A DNA stretch of 64,000 nt, taken from positions 24,792 to 88,791 of the forward strand of contig CAKUMH010000001.1 of assembly GCA_934667625.1 (NCBI GenBank). Direction: 5' to 3'. The notes below the pieces were generated by a model. It was not told where the DNA came from. It saw only the letters and a program-made list of their open reading frames with translations, and searched no databases. Source of the DNA: an uncultured Elusimicrobiales bacterium. GTDB lineage: Bacteria > Elusimicrobiota > Elusimicrobia > Elusimicrobiales > Elusimicrobiaceae. The translations under genes were made by a program, and so were the position numbers. Of the stretch, positions 9,179-17,736 are shown one piece after another (positions within the stretch are counted from its first letter, which is position 1; every line of letters begins with the position of its first letter).

Positions 9179-9870
9179 GCAGGTTTAATCAGCTCAAAGC
9201 GTGCGGGCTTTAAATAGAGCGGTTCCAGCGCGTTCTGTGCCCAACAGTCCTCACCAGACATTTTGATAAGTTCGGCAGGACGCACGCGGCAATCTTTTTC
9301 GTCCGCCAGCGCATAGTGGTTGCCCACCAGCTGCGAAAGCGGCGCGAAATCTTTATCCGTTCCCGCCAAAAAAAGAGGTGCCGGATAAGCGGCCAGGCGG
9401 CCGAGCAGTTCTTCGCGCGAGAGCCACTGCGGGCCTTTATTTTCCGCATCAAAAAGTTGCAAAAAGTATTCCTCGCGGAATGCGTGGAGCACCACGCCCA
9501 ACACGCCCTGCGGGTGTGCCTTCTGCCAGCGCAGGAACGAGCGGGAAGAAACTGTTTGGCTTTTTAGCACGTCAAACATAGTGGCGCCGCGCACGTCCGT
9601 TTGGTTTAAGTATTTAAGCATGGAGGCAAACGTGAGCGAAATGCGTATCCCCGTAAAACGGCCCGGCCCGCGGATGATAAAAATGCGTCCGATATCCTGC
9701 AACTCCGCGCCCGCCTTGGCCAACAGGGCCTGCAGGGCAGGGAAGAGGAGCTTTTCCTGCTTGACGCCCTTGCGGCGGACGGAAAAGATTTTGCCGTCCT
9801 TTTCGGCACATAACAACAGGGGCGAGGCGGACGTATCCATCGCCAAGGTTATTTTTTTGCCGCTTTGCAT
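9175..9870 (-). CDS. tsaB: tRNA threonylcarbamoyladenosine biosynthesis protein TsaB (YeaZ)
   Basis: ASKHA fold; N-terminus KITLAMDTSAS matches the YeaZ pattern; start at an internal ATG (ORF 9175..10002); 4-nt overlap with rimI. Confidence 0.75.
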   Translation of the reverse strand: MQSGKKITLAMDTSASPLLLCAEKDGKIFSVRRKGVKQEKLLFPALQALLAKAGAELQDIGRIFIIRGPGRFTGIRISLTFASMLKYLNQTDVRGATMFDVLKSQTVSSRSFLRWQKAHPQGVLGVVLHAFREEYFLQLFDAENKGPQWLSREELLGRLAAYPAPLFLAGTDKDFAPLSQLVGNHYALADEKDCRVRPAELIKMSGEDCWAQNALEPLYLKPARFELIKPA

Positions 9871-10325
9871 AACGCCTCCAACAACGCGTCCGACACGCGC
9901 CCGAAAGATTTCAGTTCCAGGGTGCGTTCGTCGCCTTCTTTCAAAATAAAATTCATTTCCAGCCGGTCCGCGGGGAGCATGTGGGCAATCGGGTCCGGCC
10001 ATTCGGCCAGGATGACGGCTTTTTCGTCTTCCAGCATTTCTTCAAAGCCCAAATTGAACACTTCGCCTTCTTCCAGGCGGAACAAATCTATGTGAAACAG
10101 CCGGTGCTGTTTATTTTTGTATTCCTTCATCAAACTAAAACTGGCGCTGGTAGGCGAACTTTTTAGCGCAAGCGCCTCGGCCACGCCTTTGACAAAAACC
10201 GTCTTTCCGGCGCCGATCGGCCCGCGCAAAAACACAATTTCGCCCCCCTGCAAGGCCCGGGCGAACTGCCGCGCCAACTGCAAGGTTTCCGCCCGAGAGG
10301 ACGAGGATATTTTTCCCGTTTTCAT
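9849..10325 (-). CDS. tsaE: tRNA threonylcarbamoyladenosine biosynthesis ATPase TsaE (YjeE)
   Basis: P-loop GPIGAGKT; the start at the ATG in a TAATG junction is coupled to the upstream gene stop. Confidence 0.8.
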   Translation of the reverse strand: MKTGKISSSSRAETLQLARQFARALQGGEIVFLRGPIGAGKTVFVKGVAEALALKSSPTSASFSLMKEYKNKQHRLFHIDLFRLEEGEVFNLGFEEMLEDEKAVILAEWPDPIAHMLPADRLEMNFILKEGDERTLELKSFGRVSDALLEALCKAAKK

Positions 10326-10783
10326 TATTTCACCGTTTTGATGCAAATTTTCCGTCCGTCAATTTGTTCTCTGTCCAGGTTGACGGGGTCCAGCACGTCT
10401 TTTCCGTCCACGGAAAAGACATATTTATATTCGCCGCCCGTCAATGCGACGGACGTTTCAAAATAACCCTTGCGGTAGGGTTTTAAGACGATAGGGTCCT
10501 TGCCCCAGCGGTTGAAATCAGCCAGCAGTTCCACCTTTTTTGCGCCGGGGGCCGTTAGGTAAAATTTGCGGTATTTTACTTCGGTATCGTACGCTTGGCG
10601 CTTGGGCGTGGCGCGCGCCAAAAGACTTTCTTTATTCAGCGGCGCCACCGAGGCGGCGCTTTCTATGGTGTCGGCGGCGTAATCGTAATAATCTTCCGAG
10701 GCGACAAAGAACCACGTAAGCGTTAAAATAATTAAGAGCAAAAACAGTACAAACAGGGCTCCCGGTTTTTTAATTTTGGGCAT
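10325..10783 (-). CDS. Membrane-anchored protein with a CBM48 / AMPK-beta-like glycogen-binding domain
   Basis: 152 aa; N-terminal TM helix; the core VKYRKFYLTAPGAKKVELLADFNRWGKDPIVLKP...YKYVFSVDGKDVLDP resembles E-set/CBM48 glycogen-binding modules. Confidence 0.5.
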   Translation of the reverse strand: MPKIKKPGALFVLFLLLIILTLTWFFVASEDYYDYAADTIESAASVAPLNKESLLARATPKRQAYDTEVKYRKFYLTAPGAKKVELLADFNRWGKDPIVLKPYRKGYFETSVALTGGEYKYVFSVDGKDVLDPVNLDREQIDGRKICIKTVK

Positions 10784-11420
10784 CTAAAAAGCTCCTTAGG
10801 TAAAAGATTGCGCCGTCGGCCTCGGCCACTTTTTTAACGGCCTTTGGGTCTGCGCCTGTTTTATCTACGCAGCTGGCCACCACGCGCTCAAAATGTTCCG
10901 CGGCACACAGGCGGATAAATTCGCGCACGGCCTCGTAACCGTCCTCATAGCCCTCCACGGGGCGGACGATTTGACGCCAGACGGTTTCGTTTTGCGCATT
11001 TAAACTGATGTTTACCTCATCCACCACGCGGCGCAAGGCGGGCACAATGTTTTTGTGATTAATTAAATTGCCCAAGCCATTGGTGTTGAGGCGGATTTTA
11101 AAGGGCGGATATTTGGCCTGCGCCTGCCAGCCCTTAAGCGTTTGCGCTACAAACAGGAGCACGTCCAGCCGCATGGTCGGCTCGCCATAGCCGCAAAAGA
11201 CCACCTCTTTAAACGGGGCTTTGGGGAGCTCTTGCTCCAGGGCGGCCACAACTTCGTTGGCCGTCGGTTCGTGGCCGGAAAGATTTAAATCGTTCCCGTG
11301 AAAATCCATGTGCCATTTTGTTTTAATGCAGAAGGCACATAAATTGGGGCAGCGGTTGGTGATGTTTAGGTAGACGCCGTCCCCAAAGCGGTATGCGATT
11401 TTGGGCGTTTGTTGTTGCAT
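10770..11420 (-). CDS. Radical SAM protein
   Basis: CPNLCAFC (Cx3Cx2C) cluster near the N-terminus; start at the internal ATG with an AAGAGG RBS (ORF 10770..11480). Confidence 0.7.
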   Translation of the reverse strand: MQQQTPKIAYRFGDGVYLNITNRCPNLCAFCIKTKWHMDFHGNDLNLSGHEPTANEVVAALEQELPKAPFKEVVFCGYGEPTMRLDVLLFVAQTLKGWQAQAKYPPFKIRLNTNGLGNLINHKNIVPALRRVVDEVNISLNAQNETVWRQIVRPVEGYEDGYEAVREFIRLCAAEHFERVVASCVDKTGADPKAVKKVAEADGAIFYLRSFLDAQN

Positions 11421-11518
11421 GGAATACCTCTTACTTGTATTATAGCAATTTGGGGAGCGCCGGGCCGGGTGCAAATGCACTAGGCAAGCAAGGCGGAAAA
11501 TTAATAGAATAAAGAAAA

Positions 11519-11603
11519 GGAGAGGTGGCCGAGTGGTTTAAGGCACTAGTCTTGAAAACTGGCGTGGAGCAATCCACCGAGGGTTCGAATCCCTCCCTCT
11601 CCG
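11519..11603 (+). tRNA. tRNA-Ser (anticodon UGA), class II with a long variable arm
   Basis: ggagaggtggccgagtggtttaaggc...; anticodon loop ctTGAaa; variable arm cgtggagcaatccaccg; T-arm gggttcgaatccc. Confidence 0.85.
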
Positions 11604-11783
11604 TATTTTTTCTTCCTAAAACCCGTTTATTCGTTGTTGTTCGGTCGGTCGGATACCTCCGCGCTGCCGCGCGTGTGCCTACAGTATTCCTCCCTCCGCT
11701 CACGCCTAGAATAAACGGGTTTTCGTTTGAAAAACGTTCCCCTTTAACAAATTCTTTCTGCCCTCACTCTCCGTAGAAATTGA

Positions 11784-11810
11784 AAACCCTGCGCAAGCGG
11801 GGTTTTTTGT
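11784..11810 (+). terminator. Rho-independent terminator
   Basis: aaaaccctgcgcaagcggggtttttt: a GC-rich stem followed by a T-run. Confidence 0.5.
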
Positions 11811-11895
11811 TTCTGCGTTTTCGCAAAGAAAAAATTTCGCCTTACTTTTCTTTAAAGAAAAGTAAACAAAAGAACGGCAAATATAAAATAAAGTC

Positions 11896-12300
11896 ACCCT
11901 GAACTTGATTCAGGGTCTAGCGATTGGGTCGTTTGCTGTTGGCGTTATTAACGGCAAACGACGAACGGCCGAACGACACAAACGGTAGATTCTGAAACGA
12001 GTTCAGAATGACGGTGCTTTGGTTAATAACGGCAGCGGCGAGATCCTGGACTACAACACTCCAGGATGACGACCCCTTGGGCGGACCCCAGAATGACGGC
12101 GCTTTGGTTAATAACGGCAACGGCGAGATCCTGGACTACAACTCTCCAGGGTGACGACCCCTTGGGCGGACCCCAGAATGACGGTGCTTTGGTTAATAAC
12201 GGTAACAACGAGACCCTGGACTACAGCACTCCAGGGTGACGACCCCTTGGGCGGGCCCCAGGATGACGGCGCTTTGGTTCATAACGACAGCGGGTAGGAA
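11896..12300. repeat. REP-like hairpin-module cluster, including an 85-bp tandem array of at least three full copies plus a partial fourth (12004-12300)
   Basis: Unit starts at 12004, 12089, 12174 and 12259 (period 85). Each unit has a cagaatgacgg...ctttggttaataacgg spacer plus a gatcctggactacaacNctccagg(g/a)tgac hairpin; a degenerate copy and a ccctgaacttgattcaggg hairpin lie upstream. Confidence 0.8.
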
Positions 12301-12378
12301 AAACGGCGGAAGGAATGGGGGCAAAAAACCGCCCCTTTCCAAAAGAAAGGGACGGTTTAAAACAATTTGTGCTAGAAA

Positions 12379-12966
12379 CTAGTCTTGCTTGGTTACCGAG
12401 TTGGCGGTGCGATCAGCTTCGGTTTCCGCATAGGTTTCTTTGCCAGCGAAGTCAGCGCAGAACGCTTCGTCATCATTGCTCGTGCCTTTCACGCAAACGG
12501 CGGGCTGAGTGGATTCATAGCGTTTCTGGATGGTGTACGTATACTGGTTCGTACCCACGCGGGTCGCGATGACGCCATTGGTGTTACCCGTAGCAGCGTT
12601 CGTACCGATCAAGGCGATAATAAAGCCGTTCTGGCCGGCGCCGCAAGCGTCGGTAGAGCTGGCGACAGCCTCGGTAGATTCCGCTACGGCAGTAGGCTGG
12701 GTGCCTTTGGTGCAGTACACGCTGGAACCCGCAGTAGCGTTAGCCGGGGCAACGTCCAAGGCGCTCCAGGTCTTAGCATAGTGACCCGTTTTCATTTTGT
12801 AGCGCTGTTGGGCATTGACAACAGTACCAATTAACGTATCAGCTTCGGAAGCGCGGGCGCGTTCCACCGCTTTGAAGTAAGCGGGCATGGCCATGGCGGC
12901 CAAGATACCGATGATCAACACGACCACCAGTAATTCAATCAGGGTGAAACCCTTCTTATTATTCAT
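12379..12966 (-). CDS. Type IV pilin-like (prepilin) protein
   Basis: MNNKKGFTLIELLVVVLIIGILAA: a class III signal with G|F cleavage and N-methylation motif, a hydrophobic alpha1 helix, a variable Cys-containing C-terminus, and a GGAGG RBS. Confidence 0.8.
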   Translation of the reverse strand: MNNKKGFTLIELLVVVLIIGILAAMAMPAYFKAVERARASEADTLIGTVVNAQQRYKMKTGHYAKTWSALDVAPANATAGSSVYCTKGTQPTAVAESTEAVASSTDACGAGQNGFIIALIGTNAATGNTNGVIATRVGTNQYTYTIQKRYESTQPAVCVKGTSNDDEAFCADFAGKETYAETEADRTANSVTKQD

Positions 12967-13077
12967 AAAACCTCCTACAGTTTTATATATAAGTTTGGTT
13001 TTGTAGTCCCGAGGACTACATCTTCATTCTAATAAGGAATGAGCGCATTGTCAAGCCCTAAATTTAAATTTAGGTCC

Positions 13078-13620
13078 TTATTGTTGAGCAGTTACTTTTA
13101 CGTCTAAATCGCCCAAGAGATTTTTTAAATGAAGCGTGTAAATTTTGCAGAAACGTTTGCCGAAAAAACCGTCCGCACGGCAGGAAAAAGCGCCGTCCGG
13201 CAAGGCGTTTTCCAGCGTGTAAGAAATAAAACCGCCGCGGCGCACGGCGCGCACCGCGCCTGCGGTTTGGGGTTCGTTAAGCCGGAGCTCCAGCGCAAAG
13301 CCGTCCTGGCCAATGGCGGCCTCTTTTGCGCTAAACGCAAAAAAGCGCGCATATCCCGCTTTGGGGGCGGAACCTAAAAAGCCTTGGCTCTTGGAGATAT
13401 TCGGTAAGTATTTATCCAGGGCGGCCCAATCGTACGTATAGGTTCTGTGCTTAATAAACTGTTGGTTTTCGGCGGCGGACAAATTGATGACGACGGAGGC
13501 CGCCGCGTCTGCTTTGCTCAGCTCCACCGTGTGTTGTATATAGGCGTATCCGCCCCCCAGCAGGATTAGCCCCGCCAACAGAAGCCAAATAAAACTTTTG
13601 ATTTCAAATTTTTTCTTCAT
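13078..13620 (-). CDS. Hypothetical membrane-anchored protein between two pilin genes (possible pilus-associated or minor pilin-like, without a canonical G|F site)
   Basis: 180 aa; N-terminal TM helix FIWLLLAGLILLGGGYAY; no recognisable domain. Confidence 0.45.
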   Translation of the reverse strand: MKKKFEIKSFIWLLLAGLILLGGGYAYIQHTVELSKADAAASVVINLSAAENQQFIKHRTYTYDWAALDKYLPNISKSQGFLGSAPKAGYARFFAFSAKEAAIGQDGFALELRLNEPQTAGAVRAVRRGGFISYTLENALPDGAFSCRADGFFGKRFCKIYTLHLKNLLGDLDVKVTAQQ

Positions 13621-13694
13621 TATTTTTCCCCCTTCTATTTTCCCCTTTATAAAAAAGCGGCCTGCCCGAAGGTAAGCCGCTTGGTTGCAAAAAG

Positions 13695-14258
13695 TTATTC
13701 GCCGTCGTCTTCCGTCTTGGGGACCATCGGGTCCTCGGCCAGTTCCTCGGCGGTGTCTACACCCATGTAGTCAATGCACATGGCGACGTCTTCCTCGTTT
13801 TCGGCCTGCGGGACGCAGACGGTGCGCGTGTCAAAAAAGGGCCGCACAAGGCGGTAGGAATACTCCGGCTTGCCCACGCGGCGCGCCACCACAAACCAGC
13901 GGTTGGCGCCGTCTTGCTCAAACGAAACGGCAAAGCCGTTTTTGGGCGCGCCCGAAAGCATCCCGCCGCGCGTGTAAAAAATGGTGTTTTCCGCGCCGTT
14001 GGCAAAATCGTTATGCGCTTTGGCCAGGCGAACCGGAATCGGAGCCGCGTCCAGCTGGTGCCAATACGGCGTGTAGTGCTGCATTTTGAGCATAGTGCGC
14101 TCTTGCGACGAAACCATAGTGCCCATAAGCGTGTCCGCCTCTGCCATGCGCATACGCTCCATAAACTTGACATAGGTAACAAAGGCCACATACGACAAAA
14201 TAGACACAATCAGCACCACCACCAGCATTTCTATCAGCGTAAAACCCTTCTTGTTCAT
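13695..14258 (-). CDS. Type IV pilin-like (prepilin) protein
   Basis: MNKKGFTLIEMLVVVLIVSIL from the ATG with a GGAGAA RBS (the ORF track begins 4 codons earlier at TTG). Confidence 0.8.
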   Translation of the reverse strand: MNKKGFTLIEMLVVVLIVSILSYVAFVTYVKFMERMRMAEADTLMGTMVSSQERTMLKMQHYTPYWHQLDAAPIPVRLAKAHNDFANGAENTIFYTRGGMLSGAPKNGFAVSFEQDGANRWFVVARRVGKPEYSYRLVRPFFDTRTVCVPQAENEEDVAMCIDYMGVDTAEELAEDPMVPKTEDDGE

Positions 14259-14299
14259 AGTTTTCTCCAAGGTTCCCGACCCGACGGCACCGGGAAAGA

Positions 14300-14890
14300 T
14301 TACAAACTCATAAAGACGGATATCCCGCCCATCACCATATCTACCGACATTAAAATAAGAATCATACCCGTCAAGCGTTCAATGGCAATTAAGCCGCGCT
14401 TGCCCAGCAGTTTGCTGATCGGAAAAGAGGACATCAAAATCAGCGAGTTAATCAGCGACGCCACCAGCACCGCCCCCAGCGTGATGAGCTTGTTGGACTG
14501 CTGGGCCGCCGTAATCATCACCATAGAAAGCGCCGCCGGGCCCGCCACCAACGGAATGGCCAACGGCACGACGAACGGCTCGTCTTCTTTCGGGTCGCTC
14601 TTGGGCTCCTCGTCCCCGCCGCCAAACACCAGTTTGACGGAAATGATGAACAAAATAATCCCGCCCGCAATGCTGAGCGAATACTCGTGAATGCCAAACG
14701 CCTGCAAGAACCATTTGCCCAAAAATAAAAACGCCACCATAATCACCAGCGCGATGCTTAATTCTCTAAGCAATACGATTTTGCGGCGTTCCGGCGCCAC
14801 TTTTTTTAAGGCAGCAATAAACAGCGGAATGTTGCCGAAACCGTCCATTACCAAGGCAAGCGTAATGACGGAAGAAATAAATGCGTCCAT
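14300..14890 (-). CDS. MarC-family (UPF0056) integral membrane protein
   Basis: MDAFISSVITLALVMDGFGNIPLFIA...: characteristic MarC N-terminus with multiple TM helices. Confidence 0.8.
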   Translation of the reverse strand: MDAFISSVITLALVMDGFGNIPLFIAALKKVAPERRKIVLLRELSIALVIMVAFLFLGKWFLQAFGIHEYSLSIAGGIILFIISVKLVFGGGDEEPKSDPKEDEPFVVPLAIPLVAGPAALSMVMITAAQQSNKLITLGAVLVASLINSLILMSSFPISKLLGKRGLIAIERLTGMILILMSVDMVMGGISVFMSL

Positions 14891-15062
14891 ATAAATCTCC
14901 TTCAAAATGTTTACATTCCGGCGGCTCAAGGGCGGCCGGACTTCTCTTATAGTATAGCAAAATTCTTTTTACCCGGCGAAGGCGTGCGAAGGCGGGGCCT
15001 TGTAACCCTTTTTGCTCACTGGGTTGCTATGCGAAAATGGGGCAATTTTGTATCATATAAGT

Positions 15063-16442
15063 ATGTTAGACGAACACAAAAACAGCGTAATCAACATTAT
15101 TAAATGGTTCTTTTTGGCCACGGCCGTCGGCGTGGTGGTGGGCGTGCTGGACGCCGTCTTTTTAAAACTGCTGGACGGCGCTATCGCCTACCGTAACGGC
15201 GTGCCGTATTTTTATTTCGGGCTTCCGCTGGTGCTTTATGTGGTGGCGGTGCTGGCGCATAAAACAGCCAAAAAAGACAAAGATTTTTCCACGGATGCCG
15301 TCATCAACAAAATCAATTCCTACAGGCCAATTTCGCTGCTGTCTATTGTAAAAGGGTTTTTCCTGCCGATTGTCACCATGGTGTCGGGCGGGTCTGCCGG
15401 TAAAGAGGCCCCCTGTGCGGACGTGGGGGCGGGTGTGTCTTCGCTATTGTCGCGCGTGCTGAAAATGAGCTTGGAGGACCAGCGCAAAATGATGATTTGC
15501 GGCGTAAGCGCCGGGTTTGCGGGCGTGTTTGGCGTGCCGATATCGGGGGCGCTTTTCGGGCTGGAAGTGCTGTGGGTGGGACATATTTTTTACGAGGTGA
15601 TGTTCCCCGCGCTGGTGGCCGGAATTACCGCCTTTCAGGTAACTTCTTATTTGGGCGTCAACTACATTTATCATCCAATTCACTTTGTGCCTGTATTTTC
15701 CGAACAGTTCTTTTTAAAAATGATCATCGCGGGCATGTTCTTTGGGTTGGTGTCCATCCTGTTTATTGAAATGAGCAAGTTTGCACGGGTGGTGTTCCGT
15801 TACCTGGCTTTGCGCACGCGGATGTTTTGGGCGTGTATGGTGGGCGGGTTGGTGCTGGTGGGCATCGGCTATTTTGCCTCCCCGCTTTATTTGGGGCTGG
15901 GAATGCCCGGCATTGATATGGCCCTTAACGGAGAGCCGCTCCTTTCCCCTTTTGGCTTTTTGTATAAGATTATCACCACGTCGGTTACGTTTGCCGCGGG
16001 CGGCATTGGCGGGGTGGTAACACCTATTTTCTTTGTGGGCGCGCAGGCGGGCGCAATGCTTTCCGGCTTTTTGGGCGTGGACAGCGCCACCTTGGCCGCC
16101 ATGGGGCTGGTAGCCGTGTTGGCCGGAACCGCCAACACCCCGCTGGCCGCCAGCATTATGGCTATTGAACTTTTCGGCCCGGCTATCGCCCCGTATGCCA
16201 CGGTGGCGTGCGTGATTAGCTTTTTGGTGACGGGGCAGCAGAGCATTTATCCCAGCCAGCAGATTTCGTGGGACAGCGGCAAGACCGACGACGAACATCC
16301 GGCTGTGCCCGTGAATTACGGGCGCCGCAAGAGTGACCAAAAGCAGCGCATGCATCCGCGCAAAACACTGCTCAAAAAGGCCATAAAGGAAATGGTGCAC
16401 CACCTTATCCCCAACCCAAAAGGCTTTGACGATAAAAAATAA
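15063..16442 (+). CDS. ClC-family voltage-gated chloride channel / H+-Cl- antiporter
   Basis: GSAGKEAPCADVG and GVPISGALFGLEV selectivity-filter motifs; the ORF-track start at 15012 is TTG, and ATG at 15063 is preferred. Confidence 0.85.
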   Translation: MLDEHKNSVINIIKWFFLATAVGVVVGVLDAVFLKLLDGAIAYRNGVPYFYFGLPLVLYVVAVLAHKTAKKDKDFSTDAVINKINSYRPISLLSIVKGFFLPIVTMVSGGSAGKEAPCADVGAGVSSLLSRVLKMSLEDQRKMMICGVSAGFAGVFGVPISGALFGLEVLWVGHIFYEVMFPALVAGITAFQVTSYLGVNYIYHPIHFVPVFSEQFFLKMIIAGMFFGLVSILFIEMSKFARVVFRYLALRTRMFWACMVGGLVLVGIGYFASPLYLGLGMPGIDMALNGEPLLSPFGFLYKIITTSVTFAAGGIGGVVTPIFFVGAQAGAMLSGFLGVDSATLAAMGLVAVLAGTANTPLAASIMAIELFGPAIAPYATVACVISFLVTGQQSIYPSQQISWDSGKTDDEHPAVPVNYGRRKSDQKQRMHPRKTLLKKAIKEMVHHLIPNPKGFDDKK

Positions 16443-16458
16443 AATTTTCATAACGCAA

Positions 16459-16498
16459 AACAAGCCGCTTGGCATTTGGCCAGGCGGCTTGTTTTTTA
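16459..16498. terminator. Bidirectional rho-independent terminator between the ClC gene and the deaminase gene
   Basis: acaagccgcttggc...gccaggcggcttgtttttt hairpin flanked by A/T runs on both strands. Confidence 0.5.
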
Positions 16499-16511
16499 GG
16501 CTCACAAAAGC

Positions 16512-17735
16512 TTAGTAGAGCGGAATGCCGTATTCTTTGGCGAGCAGGTTGTAACGGTCAATCACCTTGCGCACAAAGCGGCGTTTTTCTATGTAACTGC
16601 CCGGAAAGAAACCACTCTTAAACCCGGCAATCACTATGTTTTTAAGCTCCTTGGGCGCCAGCTTAATGTTGCGGACCAGGAGCTCCATTTCTTTGGTGAC
16701 GGTGGTGTTGGACACCAGGCGGTTATCCGTATTAATGCTGACGGGCAGACCGCGCTTGATCATCTCCTGAATGGGGTGCTCTTTAACCGATTTGATTTCC
16801 GGCAGCGTTTGCAGATTGCTCGTGAGGCAGACCTCTATGCCGATGCGTTCGCTGGCAATGTAGTTGGCCAACGAGTCCACATAATCCTGTTTATCCTTGA
16901 CCTTTTTGTCCTTAATCATAGCCGTGGCAAACAGGTGCGTGCCATGCCCCAGGCGGTTGGCGTAACAATCAGTAATGGCCTGAAAGATAGATTCCGGGCC
17001 ATAGGCCTCGCCGGAGTGGACGGTTTTGCGGATGAAATGTTTGTGGACGTAATGGTAAGCGGCCAAATGGTCGGCGGCCGGGTAGCCGGCTTCTTCGCCG
17101 GCGAGGTCAAAACCGACCACGGGGAGACGTTCCTCTTTGGCTAATTTGACTACCATTTTGGCCAGTTCCAGGGACGCAATACCAAAAATTTCGCTCTTGC
17201 TGGACTGCGAAAGCGCCTTAATCAGGTTGGCATAATAGGGCGACATAAATTGGTTGAAATTGCGCATGGCACAGGCAATCACGCCAAAATAAAACTCCAA
17301 ATCTTCGCCTTTCTTAACGGCGGGAAGCGTGTTGTGCTCCTGCTGGGCGCGCGTGAGCCCGCGCACCACGGCACGGACCGCCTCTTGCGCGGACAGCCTG
17401 TCGCTGGCGTGAAGCTGTGGGGCGAAGCGGACTTCTAAGTAGCGCACGCCTTCGGCCAGGGCGTCTTGCCCCAATTCGTACGCCACGCGTTCTATATTCT
17501 CGGCCTTTTGCATGACGGCACCCGTGTACGAAAAACCTTTTAGATATTCCACGAGAGAGGCGTATTTGTCTTTAAATACTTTTTCGCGCAGGCCCTTTTC
17601 GGTATACGCGGGAAGTTCCACCCTTTCTTTTTTGGCCAGTTCAATTAAGGTGGAAAGGCGAAGGGAGCCGTCCAAATGGACGTGCAAGTCTGCCTTGGGA
17701 ATGCGTTTTAAAAACGCGGAAGGGATTCTCTTCAT
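16512..17735 (-). CDS. Adenosine/AMP deaminase-family metallo-hydrolase
   Basis: 407 aa; HVHLDGS metal-binding motif near the N-terminus; TIM-barrel amidohydrolase signature (SINTDN...). Confidence 0.7.
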   Translation of the reverse strand: MKRIPSAFLKRIPKADLHVHLDGSLRLSTLIELAKKERVELPAYTEKGLREKVFKDKYASLVEYLKGFSYTGAVMQKAENIERVAYELGQDALAEGVRYLEVRFAPQLHASDRLSAQEAVRAVVRGLTRAQQEHNTLPAVKKGEDLEFYFGVIACAMRNFNQFMSPYYANLIKALSQSSKSEIFGIASLELAKMVVKLAKEERLPVVGFDLAGEEAGYPAADHLAAYHYVHKHFIRKTVHSGEAYGPESIFQAITDCYANRLGHGTHLFATAMIKDKKVKDKQDYVDSLANYIASERIGIEVCLTSNLQTLPEIKSVKEHPIQEMIKRGLPVSINTDNRLVSNTTVTKEMELLVRNIKLAPKELKNIVIAGFKSGFFPGSYIEKRRFVRKVIDRYNLLAKEYGIPLY

Positions 17736-17736
17736 A

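Noticed and set aside
11917-12208. ORFs 11917..12120 and 12023..12208 with repeating peptide MPLLTKAPSFWGPPKGSS...VVVQDLA
   Set aside because: They lie entirely within the 85-bp tandem array and REP-like modules. The repetitive translation reflects DNA repeats, with no RBS or coding signal. The same applies to 33115..33366 and most of 60313..60891.
11985-12300. Tandem repeats as a possible CRISPR array
   Set aside because: The period is 85 bp with whole-unit near-identity and no unique spacers, and no cas genes are present; it is a tandem duplication of REP-like modules.
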